This document shows, one piece after another, positions 12,100 through 27,355 of a stretch of 64,000 bases of DNA (the first letter of the stretch is position 1; each line of letters begins with the position of its first letter). The stretch is from positions 124,001 to 188,000 of the forward strand of contig NIVC01000617.1 of assembly GCA_002269645.1 (NCBI GenBank), in the 5' to 3' direction. The notes below the pieces were generated by a model, which was not told where the DNA came from, did no database searches, and saw nothing but the letters and a program-made list of their open reading frames with translations. The stretch is from Macrostomum lignano. Lineage: Eukaryota. Made by a program: the position numbers and the translations under genes.

Positions 12100-12544
12100 T
12101 CAAAAGTTGAAACTTGATTAGTGAATAGGGCTTCGATTTCCCCTTCGCGTTGTCACTTGAACTTTCATGGCAACAGCTCAGGCACAGTTGCTATGCTGCA
12201 TAAAACTTGAACACTCTGCTTATTCAGTTGCGGCCCAGCTCTGTGTGACAAGTGCACCCGTTTAGATCACTTTCCAGTCAGTCGTTATTAAATTCCTCTG
12301 TTCTCGCTTTTCTCACTAACAATTTGAAAAGTAGCTCACGCCACTGTAAAGGAGACGAACTATAGGCTAGAAAATAGACAAGCGAGCGAGGAGCGGGGTG
12401 TTGACGCTGTCAAACTTTTCCCGAATTCTTTGAAAGAGAGAAAGCGAGCAGCTGCATTTGGATATGCAAAGCGGCATTGCTTAAGATCTACGAGCTAGCA
12501 GTGCTCGGCAGAGGAAGAGTGCGTGCTGTGTTGGCGGCGGCACA

Positions 12545-14524
12545 ATGGATACATCAAAGTCGTCCTACGTGGAGGTGACGAAAAACTACCTGCAAAGCTC
12601 GTCAATTCGTGGCTTTCCCAGAATAATCAAAGCTCAAAATATTCTATCGAAGCTTTTATGGATAGTTACTATAACTATCTTTCTAGGAATCGCTATATGG
12701 CAGGTGTCCGACATAGTGATAATCTATCTGAAGTACGGCGTGCAGCTGAAGTACAGTTCCACCATGGACCCGAACGCGCCGTTCCCATCCGTGACGCTGT
12801 GCAATCAGCAGCCGTTCGCGGCTGAAGCGTCATCCGAGGGCTACATTGCCAATCGGAGCTTCAACGAATTCGTCAAGAAGGTCAACTCGTTGGAGTCGTC
12901 ACTGGGCCAGTCGCTCGAGTCGATGAAAACCGTCGAAGTGTTCTATCAGAATTCGCAAGTTCTACAAGTGGACGCCATTGCCCACGTGAGCGGTCGTCTA
13001 ATCAAGGACTGCCAGTTCGAGTTCGAACAGGACGGGCGGCTGCAGACGCGGAGCTGTTCGGATCAGAACGTGCAGAAATTTCCGCATCCGCGGTACCTGC
13101 GCTGTTTCACGGTGAAAATTGATCAGCAGCTGGGCGCCGCCCGGCTTCACAGCCTTCGCCTGGTGCTGTTCCTGGACAACTTTAACTATCCATTCTTCAG
13201 CCGCGCTATGCTCGACAATGAACCGAATTTGGCTCGTCAGGGTGTCCGGGTGAGCGTCCACCAGAACGGCAGCCTGCCCCAGCTAGAGGCCAACTACATC
13301 GACATTCCGCCGGGAACGTCGGCAACGCTGCACGTCAGCACGGTGACGCGCAACCTTCTGCCAGCGCCCTACGGCGACTGCAAAAAGGAGGCCGTGGCGC
13401 CTATTGCCGCCAGCAGTCCTCTAGACGACACCCTAAATTACGCGTACACGCCGCACGCATGCCGACGAATCTGCCTTCAGGAGTTGTTAATCAAAAAATG
13501 CGGCTGCCTCGATCCGAATCTGCCCGTGCCGCGCGGCGTTATGGTCGACGACGGAGCGATCGACTTTGGCGCAGCGCTGTCAGTTGCAAAGCGCGACGAT
13601 CCCGGACCGCCGCCAGCAGGGGGCTTCGTCTTCACGGAGAAAGTGTTGCCAGACGGCGAGTTCAAGGTCGATCGCGAGCCGCGCGCAGCACCCGGCATGG
13701 GTCCCGCTGCCAGCACTACGCCAAAGAAGACGCCAACGACAATCGCTCCGCCGATTCTGCTACCGCCAGCCGATGGAAGTATGGTGCCCTACTGCAAGAA
13801 GTGGCCGCAGAAAAGCGCAAACACGACAGTTGCCAATCAGGTCTATCAGAAGCGAGTGGCCTGCTGGCAGAGCCAGCTGGTGAAGCAGAGCGGCATCAAA
13901 TACTGCATGCTCGGCGCTAGAAACCTCACCTGCGATGTGCCGTGCAACACAACTGAGCACTCGGTGACGATTTCTTATGCAGCCTGGCCGCGAGAGTCGC
14001 TACACCTGGCCGTGTTTGAGAAGTACTTATCAACCGACTATAGCAGGCTGAAGTACTTTTCTGAGTTTCCCAACTTGCAGGAGATGGTGGCTGAGGAGCG
14101 CTACACCGAAGTGTACTCGGCCCTGGCCGCCAGCCGCAAGATGAAGGACAACTTTGTCGAGATAAAAATCACAAAACCGTCCTGGAATGTTACCGTTATC
14201 GCTGAGACTCCCTCGTTCCCGTTGAGTCGACTGCTCAGCTCTATCGGCGGAGCGATGAATCTGTGGTCGGGGATTACAATAATTGCACTGCTAGAGTTCA
14301 TTGAGCTGCTGGCGATTCTAATTGGCACCTTTATGAGCAACAACTGCGGAGGCGGCGGCGGCAGCAGCAGAGGTCGAGGCGGCCGCACCAGCGACAGCAA
14401 GGAGAAGTTGTCGCCGGCGGATGTCCTCTCAGAGCCGTCGGAAAAAGCATCTGAAAGCGCCGACACGGCTGGCTCCGACGGGAAGTCCAACGACACCTAT
14501 GGATCTTTGTTCACCTGGTCGTAA
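12545..14524 (+). CDS. Intronless DEG/ENaC (ASIC/FaNaC superfamily) channel subunit, 659 aa
   Basis: TM1 LLWIVTITIFLGIAIWQ, FPSVTLCN, G.RV.VH..GS.P, PAPYGDC, Cys-rich thumb C..CLQ...IKKCGC, C..PC, TM2 LLSSIGGAMNLWSGITIIALLEFIEL. Confidence 0.92.
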   Translation: MDTSKSSYVEVTKNYLQSSSIRGFPRIIKAQNILSKLLWIVTITIFLGIAIWQVSDIVIIYLKYGVQLKYSSTMDPNAPFPSVTLCNQQPFAAEASSEGYIANRSFNEFVKKVNSLESSLGQSLESMKTVEVFYQNSQVLQVDAIAHVSGRLIKDCQFEFEQDGRLQTRSCSDQNVQKFPHPRYLRCFTVKIDQQLGAARLHSLRLVLFLDNFNYPFFSRAMLDNEPNLARQGVRVSVHQNGSLPQLEANYIDIPPGTSATLHVSTVTRNLLPAPYGDCKKEAVAPIAASSPLDDTLNYAYTPHACRRICLQELLIKKCGCLDPNLPVPRGVMVDDGAIDFGAALSVAKRDDPGPPPAGGFVFTEKVLPDGEFKVDREPRAAPGMGPAASTTPKKTPTTIAPPILLPPADGSMVPYCKKWPQKSANTTVANQVYQKRVACWQSQLVKQSGIKYCMLGARNLTCDVPCNTTEHSVTISYAAWPRESLHLAVFEKYLSTDYSRLKYFSEFPNLQEMVAEERYTEVYSALAASRKMKDNFVEIKITKPSWNVTVIAETPSFPLSRLLSSIGGAMNLWSGITIIALLEFIELLAILIGTFMSNNCGGGGGSSRGRGGRTSDSKEKLSPADVLSEPSEKASESADTAGSDGKSNDTYGSLFTWS

Positions 14525-15547
14525 AAATTACCTTCAAAAGCGTTATATACGAGTAGAGGAATTAATCAGTTGTGATAGTTAATCTCAGCACAGTCTTACT
14601 CTTGCGCAATAGTATATATTTATTATTATCAAGGTGCACAACATTTACTTGAACAGGTAGGCAGTTATATTATCTTATATGCAGGTGTTGATTATTTTTT
14701 GCCAAAATTATTAAAGCTTTGTTAGACAACCATATAGTTTTTTTAAAAAATAATTAAGACCTTAAGGAGGCAGAGAGCAGCTCAACCCTAACTTGTCTGA
14801 CTGTTGCACCATTCTCGACCATGATCAGGGAGGGCCAAGCCTTTAAGGTACAGAGTATGTACATTTAGGATGCAACAGATTTACACGAAAATCTAGCAAC
14901 TGCACCTGTATGTCAGTTCAAAATGTGCCAATGTGCGTAGAAAACACACACAAACCCTGTGAGACCATGCGCGTGCTTAGGGGATCAGCGGAGCGGGACT
15001 ATAGTGGAAATCGAAGCAGCAAAACTTCACGTAAAAGAATGGAGTCCTTTGAAATTGCCATGGACTTTAAAGGCATCATCTTTAATCTTCTTTTCCGATT
15101 AACTCCCGATAATCTGCTCACTGTCAGACCCTGTTCGTGTTATTTCTGATACGCAAAATTTGTAGCCAAGGGCTACTGAAGTAGAAAAAAAACAGGAAAC
15201 CTTGCTTCTTTGAAAATTTTAGGGGCAGGTTCCGAAAAAAATACACTACGGAGATAGGAAGTTTTCATTTTTTCAGCATAAAAATTGCTATTGCCTTCGA
15301 TAGGAGGCAGCCCCAGTGTTCTCTGATGCATATACCGGTATTGTCACACAGTCATCCAAGAATGATAAAATTGATTCATAAAACCAATGAGCCGAGCCGT
15401 GCCATTTCGATAGTTTTTAGGCACAGGACATATATGCAAGTGTACGTAGAATAGAAATTTAACATAGAATCCCAATTTTATAAACGATTAAAAAACCGGC
15501 CTTCAAAAGTTTTCCAAGAAACAAGGTTTCCCGTCCTGCTTGGGTAG

Positions 15548-15720
15548 CATACATGCGCAACCTCGGGAATCACTCGGCCGCCTCTATTGGCAACACACAC
15601 ATGTAAGTCGCTATTGGCTGAGAGCAGTCACGTGACTTACTATTCCGTCCAAAAGCGACCTACACGTGTGTGTTGCCAATAGAAACGGCCGGGTGAATCC
15701 CAAGGTTGCGCCCAAGCATG
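15548..15720. mobile_element. MITE with about 60-bp imperfect TIRs and an 8-bp TSD (hAT/P-like, non-autonomous)
   Basis: TSD ttgggtag at 15540-15547 and 15721-15728. Left arm gcgcaacctcgggaatcactcggccgcctctattggcaacacacac pairs with the right arm. Starts CATACATGCGCAAC, like 45453. Confidence 0.8.
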
Positions 15721-16374
15721 TTGGGTAGTCCTTGTTTGTAACATGAGTATATATGCTGTATTTGAAAAGGCCATGGAACTAATGATTATATAAAACACAA
15801 AGTGCTTTCGACCCCGGTAATAAAAAAGCTACTGGCAATACAAATTTTACCTATTCATTGCCTTACTTTAATAAACAGAATCGGAATCCAGTCACTAATC
15901 CGTGAAGTAAGCAGGCTATGAAGATGATCTGTGCAAACACGGACTATCGATCATATTTCATCCAAGAAGCATGTGAAGCCCACATGGCTACACGTAAGGT
16001 TATAGTAAACCGATAAGGTCTCAGGGAACTCAGAAGACTAGCTATTGAGCTTTGTTTGTAATCGCTTGACTGACACAGAATTACGATTTCGGGCCACGGG
16101 GTGGAGCTAACAGGGCAGGGTAGGGTCCTTAAGGATTTACTAAATTATGCATACGAAATCGGAAAACGCTCTCACAAAGAGCCAATCGTACGCAAGAATA
16201 ATCTCCATATATAAGAAGTCAGCACTTGACCTGCAGTTAAAGAAGTCCCGCGTCAGCGATTTCCGATTAAAAATTCTTTTTTTTTCCAATTATTAAAAAC
16301 GTCCAGTGCCTTCAGGCAATCCGGAATCAAACTAGAGATACAAAGACGGAGACTAAATCACTCTTCCAAATCCC

Positions 16375-19300
16375 AACTGACCCAGAAAATTTAAGTTCTC
16401 CTAACTGACCCACAGACTAAAGTTCTCCCAACTGACCCACAGACTAAAGTCCTTCTCCCAACTGACCCACAGACTAAAGTCATTCTCCCAACTGACCCAC
16501 AGACTAAAGTTCTCCCAACTGACCCACAGACTAAAGTCCTTCTCCCAACTGACCCACAGACTAAAGTCCTTCTCCCAACTGACCCACAGACTCAAGTCCT
16601 TCTCCCAACTGACCCACAGACTAAAGTCCTCCCAACTGACCCACAGACTAAAGTCCTCCCAACTGACCCACAGACTAAAGTCCTCCCAACTGACCCACAG
16701 ACTAAAGTCATTCTCCCAACTGACCCACAGACTAAAGTCATTCTCCCAACTGACCCACAGACTAAAGTCATTCTCCCAACTGACCCACAGACTAAAGTCC
16801 TTCTCCCAACTGACCCACAGACTAAAGTCCTTCTCCCAACTGACCCACAGACTAAAGTCATTCTCCCAACTGACCCACAGACTAAAGTCCTTCTCCCAAC
16901 TGACCCACAGACTAAAGTCCTCCCAACTGACCCACAGACTAAAGTCCTTCTCCCAACTGACCCACAGACTAAAGTCCTTCTCCCAACTGACCCACAGACT
17001 AAAGTCCTTCTCCCAACTGACCCACAGACTAAAGTCCTTCTCCCAACTGACCCACAGACTAAAGTCCTTCTCCCAACTGACCCACAGACTCAAGTCCTTC
17101 TCCCAACTGACCCACAGACTAAAGTCCTTCTCCCAACTGACCCACAGACTCAAGTCCTTCTCCCAACTGACCCACAGACTAAAGTCCTTCTCCCAACTGG
17201 CCCACAGACTCAAGTCCTCCCAACTGACCCACAGACTAAAGTCATTCTCCCAACTGACCCACAGACTAAAGTTCTCCCAACTGACCCACAGACTAAAGTC
17301 CTTCTCCCAACTGACTCACAGACTAAAGTCCTCCCAACTGACCCACAGACTAAAGTCATTCTCCCAACTGACCCACAGACTAAAGTCCTCCCAACTGACC
17401 CACAGACTAAAGTCATTCTCCCAACTGACCCACAGACTAAAGTCCTTCTCCCAACTGACCCACAGACTAAAGTCCTTCTCCCAACTGACCCACAGACTAA
17501 AGTCCTCCCAACTGACCCACAGACTAAAGTCATTCTCCCAACTGACCCACAGACTAAAGTCCTCCCAACTGACCCACAGACTAAAGTCCTCCCAACTGAC
17601 CCACAGACTAAAGTTCTCCCAACTGACCCACAGACTAAAGTTCTCCCAACTGACCCACAGACTAAAGTCATTCTCCCAACTGACCCACAGACTAAAGTCC
17701 TCCCAACTGACCCACAGACTAAAGTCATTCTCCCAACTGACCCACAGACTAAAGTCCTTCTCCCAACTGACCCACAGACTAAAGTCCTTCTCCCAACTGA
17801 CCCACAGACTAAAGTCCTCCCAACTGACCCACAGACTAAAGTCATTCTCCCAACTGACCCACAGACTAAAGTCCTCCCAACTGACCCACAGACTAAAGTC
17901 CTTCTCCCAACTGACCCACAGACTAAAGTCCTTCTCCCAACTGACCCACAGACTAAAGTCCTTCTCCCAACTGACCCACAGACTAAAGTCCTTCTCCCAA
18001 CTGACCCACAGACTAAAGTCCTTCTCCCAACTGACCCACAGACTCAAGTCCTTCTCCCAACTGACCCACAGACTAAAGTCCTTCTCCCAACTGGCCCACA
18101 GACTCAAGTCCTCCCAACTGACCCACAGACTAAAGTCATTCTCCCAACTGACCCACAGACTAAAGTTCTCCCAACTGACCCACAGACTAAAGTCCTTCTC
18201 CCAACTGACTCACAGACTAAAGTCCTCCCAACTGACCCACAGACTAAAGTCATTCTCCCAACTGACCCACAGACTAAAGTCCTCCCAACTGACCCACAGA
18301 CTAAAGTCATTCTCCCAACTGACCCACAGACTAAAGTCCTTCTCCCAACTGACCCACAGACTAAAGTCCTTCTCCCAACTGACCCACAGACTAAAGTCCT
18401 CCCAACTGACCCACAGACTAAAGTCATTCTCCCAACTGACCCACAGACTAAAGTCCTCCCAACTGACCCACAGACTAAAGTCCTCCCAACTGACCCACAG
18501 ACTAAAGTTCTCCCAACTGACCCACAGACTAAAGTTCTCCCAACTGACCCACAGACTAAAGTCATTCTCCCAACTGACCCACAGACTAAAGTCCTCCCAA
18601 CTGACCCACAGACTAAAGTCATTCTCCCAACTGACCCACAGACTAAAGTCCTTCTCCCAACTGACCCACAGACTAAAGTCCTTCTCCCAACTGACCCACA
18701 GACTAAAGTCCTCCCAACTGACCCACAGACTAAAGTCATTCTCCCAACTGACCCACAGACTAAAGTCCTCCCAACTGACCCACAGACTAAAGTCCTCCCA
18801 ACTGACCCACAGACTAAAGTTCTCCCAACTGACCCACAGACTAAAGTTCTCCCAACTGACCCACAGACTAAAGTCATTCTCCCAACTGACCCACAGACTA
18901 AAGTCCTTCTCCCAACTGACCCACAGACTAAAGTCCTTCTCCCAACTGACCCACAGACTAAAGTCCTCCCAACTGACCCACAGACTAAAGTCATTCTCCC
19001 AACTGACCCACAGACTAAAGTCATTCTCCCAACTGACCCACAGACTAAAGTCATTCTCCCAACTGACCCACAGACTAAAGTCATTCTCCCAACTGACCCA
19101 CAGACTAAAGTCATTCTCCCAACTGACCCACAGACTAAAGTCCTTCTCCCAACTGACCCACAGACTAAAGTCCTCCCAACTGACCCACAGACTAAAGTAA
19201 TTCTCCCAACTGACCCACAGACTAAAGTCCTTCTCCCAACTGACCCACAGACTAAAGTCCTTCTCCCAACTGACCCACAGACTAAAGTCCTTCTCCCAAC

Positions 19301-21907
19301 TGACCCACAGACTAAAGTCCTTCTCCCAACTGACCCACAGACTCAAGTCCTTCTCCCAACTGACCCACAGACTAAAGTCCTTCTCCCAACTGGCCCACAG
19401 ACTCAAGTCCTCCCAACTGACCCACAGACTAAAGTCATTCTCCCAACTGACCCACAGACTAAAGTTCTCCCAACTGACCCACAGACTAAAGTCCTTCTCC
19501 CAACTGACTCACAGACTAAAGTCCTCCCAACTGACCCACAGACTAAAGTCATTCTCCCAACTGACCCACAGACTAAAGTCATTCTCCCAACTGACCCACA
19601 GACTAAAGTCCTCCCAACTGACCCACAGACTAAAGTCCTCCCAACTGACCCACAGACTAAAGTTCTCCCAACTGACCCACAGACTAAAGTTCTCCCAACT
19701 GACCCACAGACTAAAGTCCTCCCAACTGACCCACAGACTAAAGTCCTCCCAACTGACCCACAGACTAAAGTCCTTCTCCCAACTGACCCACAGACTAAAG
19801 TCCTTCTCCCAACTGACCCACAGACTAAAGTCCTTCTCCCAACTGACCCACAGACTAAAGTCCTTCTCCCAACTGACCCACAGACTAAAGTCCTTCTCCC
19901 AACTGACCCACAGACTAAAGTCCTTCTCCCAACTGACCCACAGACTAAAGTCCTCCCAACTGACCCACAGACTAAAGTCCTTCTCCCAACTGACCCACAG
20001 ACTAAAGTCCTTCTCCCAACTGACCCACAGACTAAAGTCCTTCTCCCAACTGACCCACAGACTAAAGTCCTTCTCCCAACTGACCCACAGACTAAAGTCA
20101 TTCTCCCAACTGACCCACAGACTAAAGTCCTCCCAACTGACCCACAGACTAAAGTCATTCTCCCAACTGACCCACAGACTAAAGTCCTCCCAACTGACCC
20201 ACAGACTAAAGTCATTCTCCCAACTGACCCACAGACTAAAGTCCTTCTCCCAACTGACCCACAGACTAAAGTCCTTCTCCCAACTGACCCACAGACTAAA
20301 GTCCTCCCAACTGACCCACAGACTAAAGTCATTCTCCCAACTGACCCACAGACTAAAGTCCTCCCAACTGACCCACAGACTAAAGTCCTCCCAACTGACC
20401 CACAGACTAAAGTTCTCCCAACTGACCCACAGACTAAAGTCATTCTCCCAACTGACCCACAGACTAAAGTCCTTCTCCCAACTGACCCACAGACTAAAGT
20501 CCTTCTCCCAACTGACCCACAGACTAAAGTCCTCCCAACTGACCCACAGACTAAAGTCATTCTCCCAACTGACCCACAGACTAAAGTCATTCTCCCAACT
20601 GACCCACAGACTAAAGTCATTCTCCCAACTGACCCACAGACTAAAGTCATTCTCCCAACTGACCCACAGACTAAAGTCATTCTCCCAACTGACCCACAGA
20701 CTAAAGTCCTTCTCCCAACTGACCCACAGACTAAAGTCCTCCCAACTGACCCACAGACTAAAGTCCTTCTCCCAACTGACCCACAGACTAAAGTCCTTCT
20801 CCCAACTGACCCACAGACTAAAGTCCTTCTCCCAACTGACCCACAGACTAAAGTCCTTCTCCCAACTGACCCACAGACTAAAGTCCTTCTCCCAACTGAC
20901 CCACAGACTCAAGTCCTTCTCCCAACTGACCCACAGACTAAAGTCCTTCTCCCAACTGGCCCACAGACTCAAGTCCTCCCAACTGACCCACAGACTAAAG
21001 TCATTCTCCCAACTGACCCACAGACTAAAGTTCTCCCAACTGACCCACAGACTAAAGTCCTTCTCCCAACTGACTCACAGACTAAAGTCCTCCCAACTGA
21101 CCCACAGACTAAAGTCATTCTCCCAACTGACCCACAGACTAAAGTCATTCTCCCAACTGACCCACAGACTAAAGTCCTCCCAACTGACCCACAGACTAAA
21201 GTCCTCCCAACTGACCCACAGACTAAAGTTCTCCCAACTGACCCACAGACTAAAGTTCTCCCAACTGACCCACAGACTAAAGTCCTCCCAACTGACCCAC
21301 AGACTAAAGTCCTTCCAACTGACCCACAGACTAAAGTTCTCCCAACTGACCCACAGACTAAAGTTCTCCCAACTGACCCACAGACTAAAGTCCTTCTCCC
21401 AACTGACTCACAGACTAAAGTCCTCCCAACTGACCCACAGACTAAAGTCATTCTCCCAACTGACCCACAGACTAAAGTCATTCTCCCAACTGACCCACAG
21501 ACTAAAGTCCTCCCAACTGACCCACAGACTAAAGTCCTCCCAACTGACCCACAGACTAAAGTTCTCCCAACTGACCCACAGACTAAAGTCCTCCCAACTG
21601 ACCCACAGACTAAAGTCCTCCCAACTGACCCACAGACTAAAGTCCTCCCAACTGACCCACAGACTAAAGTCCTCCCAACTGACCCACAGACTAAAGTTCT
21701 CCCAACTGACCCACAGACTAAAGTTCTCCCAACTGACCCACAGACTAAAGTTCTCCCAACTGACCCACAGACTAAAGTTCTCCCAACTGACCCACAGACT
21801 AAAGTTCTCCCAACTGACCCACAGACTAAAGTTCTCCCAACTGACCCACAGACTAAAGTTCTCCCAACTGACCCACAGACTAAAGTCCTCCCAACTGACC
21901 CACAGAC
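16375..21907. repeat. 5.5-kb satellite of 27/30-bp units (actgacccacagactaaagtc[ctt/att]ctccca) with higher-order structure
   Basis: About 190 units; diagnostic variant units recur at irregular intervals. Confidence 0.97.
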
Positions 21908-22419
21908 AGAAATTAACCCTTTATATAAGCAAACGTCAAAAATAAAAATAAACTTATTAAAATTGGACTAATAGGTTTGAAGGATTTCAGTCCTTCAATT
22001 AATCACGGTACGAGCGTACATGTATTTCGAATTCAAGACTCAAGACTAGAAGCGGAACTGAACACAAACAGCATTGATTGCAACTTTAGTGAATTTAGCA
22101 AGGTAGTTTATATTTAGGATTACATTTAATTAAAGTCATTGAAACTCTGATGTCTTATCGTTAAGATACACAAGAGAAAACCAAAAAAATCAAAATTAAT
22201 AGTTAAAAATAGAGAGATTCAAATACAGATATAAAACAGCTAACCTAATATCATTAACCCAGGTGAACTTTCTAAGTTATGAAAAGTTCTGCCTTTGGAC
22301 GACGTAAATAAAAAACCGATTAGAGGAGGTGTCACTTAGATTAAGGATCGGAAAACTTTTGTAGAGAAAGGTAGAGGTAGAGAAGCTAGAGAATCTAGCG
22401 CCTGATTGTGGGCCAGAGA

Positions 22420-22945
22420 GAGGAGAGGAGAGAGTAAATAGGGGATATGAGAGGAGAGAAGAAAGGGGAGAGGAAAGGGGAGAGGAGAAAGATGAGAGGG
22501 GAGAGGAGGAGAGGGGACAGGAGAGGAGAGGGGAGAAGAAGAGGAGATAGGAGAGAGGAGAGGAGAGAGGAGAGGAGAGGGGGAGAGGAGAGGGGAGAAG
22601 AAGAGGAGAGAGGAGAGGAGAGAGGAGAGGAGAGGGGAGAGGAGAGGAGGGGGAGAGGAGGAGAGGGGACAGGAGAGGAGAGGGGAGAAGAAGAGGAGAT
22701 AGGAGAGAGGAGAGGAGAAAGGAGAGGAGAGGGGAGAGGAGAGGAGAGAGGGGAGAGGAGAGGAGATAGGAGAGAGGAGAGGAGAAAGGAGAGGAGAGGG
22801 GAGAGGAGAGGGGAGAGGAGAGGAGGGGGAGAGGAGGAGAGGGGACAGGAGAGGAGAGGGGAGAAGAAGAGGAGATAGGAGAGAGGAGAGGATAAAGGAG
22901 AGGAGAGGAGAAAGGAGAGGAGAGGAGGGGAGAGGAGGAGAGGGT
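22420..22945. repeat. GA-rich low-complexity tract
   Basis: (GAGAG/GGAGA)-type repeats. Confidence 0.9.
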
Positions 22946-23139
22946 AATTAATTAGTACTAAGAGTTGCACATTATTAAAGACACACGCAAGAATAGGTAA
23001 CAGGCTAAAAGGTCAAAGAAGGAAAAAACGACATGAAAACAAACGACAATGTTTCAAAATTTTACTATCATCAATATTAGTCATAGGCAGAGAAGGCAAC
23101 CATCTTAGTCGGAATGTTGCTAATATAAATGTCGGCCGA

Positions 23140-23210
23140 AGAAGCTCAGCGGTTAACGCGTCCGACTCTTGCGCCGAAGTGGCCGGGGGTTCGATTCCCA
23201 GCTAGGCCAG
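23140..23210 (+). mobile_element. tRNA-like SINE head
   Basis: A-box-like agctcagcggttaacgcg and B box gggttcgattccc, with no complete cloverleaf. Confidence 0.45.
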
Positions 23211-23289
23211 AATATTAATTCGGACTATTGCTAGCGGTTCAACCCTGCAAATAAATGCTAACAGTAATAAACGATTTATTATAACTGGG

Positions 23290-25591
<2,302 letters not shown>

Positions 25592-25854
25592 CTGCAACAG
25601 CAAGCAGCAAAGGCCATGACAATAAAATAACATGAATGAATAAGGCTTGTTTAATCCTAATTAATCCGATTACGGTTCTGCTAAACAAAAGTCTAAGGGA
25701 CCTATTAACATGAGTCCGAAAAGTGCAACTATAAAAGCAATTAACTATTATGATACTCTGATTCGGAATGTTTGTCGTTTATTTCACTGTTTAAGAAGTA
25801 CAAAAAAATTTCGAACTGAATACAAATATACAAAAAGACGCATCCTAAGTCAGG

Positions 25855-25940
25855 CCGGTGATAGCTCAGTTGGTAGAGCGGAGGACTGTAGATGCGTAAC
25901 AGCAATCCTTAGGTCGGTGGTTCAAATCCGCCTCACCGGA
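25855..25940 (+). tRNA. tRNA-Tyr: tRNA-Tyr(GTA) with a 13-nt intron (25892-25904)
   Basis: Acceptor stem CCGGTGA/TCACCGG+A73, D arm GCTCAGTTGGTAGAGC, anticodon GTA at 25888-25890, intron after position 37, T loop GGTTCAAATCC, downstream T7 Pol III terminator. Confidence 0.95.
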
Positions 25941-27355
25941 AATTTTTTTATCAAGTGATTTTTCCAATCAAAAATGGCAATTTTTTCAAATGACTAATTT
26001 CAGATGCTTTCCGCCATTGTTGTCATAACAATATTATTTGAAGTTCCTTTTGTAATTTCTGCTTTAAAATAACCATGAAAAGATAGAAATCTCTACAACG
26101 GGTTTAAACGCCTGTATTTTTTTCACTTTCGATACATATCGGCAGAAATATTGAAAACCTATTTTTTACCAAATCCTAACCCCAGTCTTTTTCGACGGGT
26201 GAAAAGAGACCAATCTATTTATAAAGATAGTTTTTTTTCATGAAAACGTGTCTCAAAAATCAAAATCAAAATAAAATAAAAATAAAATCAAATTAAAAGC
26301 GCTAAATGGTCACAATTTAACTTGCTACCAGCCTAGGATTAGCAGCATATATTTTTGCTTTAATCAAAAAGTTGGATCAATCAATTAAAAAAGTGAATTA
26401 AAAACTGGATAAATATTTTTTGCAGATGTTTTCATCTTACACAAATGGCTAGAAGACAGTTCTAGTTTATGGGCTTAGGTAAGTGAAGGAATTACTAAAT
26501 AATAGATAGTGCAGGTCAGTTAATCTGAACTGAGTAAAAAAACTGTAGTAAATTAATTTAAAAAATTTAACTATTTATAATGCCTTGCATACAAATAAAA
26601 ATTACTTCATGCTCCAGATGTCAATGATGTTAATTATTAACAAAATTGTTTTTTAAATATAGTAAAAAAAGAATAAAAAACACGGTTGCTACTACTGACA
26701 ACTACTTTGACAATAATAAGTAGAACTGGTGTTAGTTTTTTCCAGATTACATTTGCAAACGGTAAAAATGGTGTTGCAAGAGTGCAAAAAAGCTTTTTTA
26801 GGGATCTTCGGTGGTTAATTTAAAGCTAAGCGTCGCGTGCAATAGCAAAAAGCGACGCCAACTTCAAAAAAACAAAGAGCTTGAAAAATATTTTGTTGTA
26901 CTTTATGCAAAAGCATAAGTAGGACTGAAGAAAAAGTGTGTAATTTAATATAAAAAGCGAATAATTTAATCATTCTGGGGATGCAAAAACAACTCAAAAA
27001 TATTTTGTGATGAAAACCATGGCGTGACACTGATCAAAATCAGGTAAAAAAACACAAAGAAAAACTTCGTTGTGATTTTCTCGCTGGTAAAACGTGAGAT
27101 TTCTTTGATCAAAACGCGATAGTAAAAACAGGACGAGGACTCTCAGGGTAGTAGTCAGGGCAAGGTTGGGGAAAAACCAGATTAAATATTGAATTTGTAG
27201 CTTCGAGCAAAAAGCTGGGTTTTAGTAATGTAACTCGAAAACAACGGGCTCGAACGATAGAAAGAAACTACAAGATGAGAAACGGCACAGCAAACTTTTT
27301 TTAACCTAGAAAATGTATTTTGCTGGTTAAGCTACACGAGTCGGGTTAGTCAGGC

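Noticed and set aside
16401-21481. Long minus-strand ORFs (SLWVSWEKDF)n and (TLVCGSVGR)n
   Set aside because: Translations of the satellite, broken by stops at variant units; no true start or unique domain.
16375-21907. CRISPR-like appearance of regular repeats of about 30 bp
   Set aside because: Units are head-to-tail with no unique spacers, there are no cas genes, and the context is eukaryotic.
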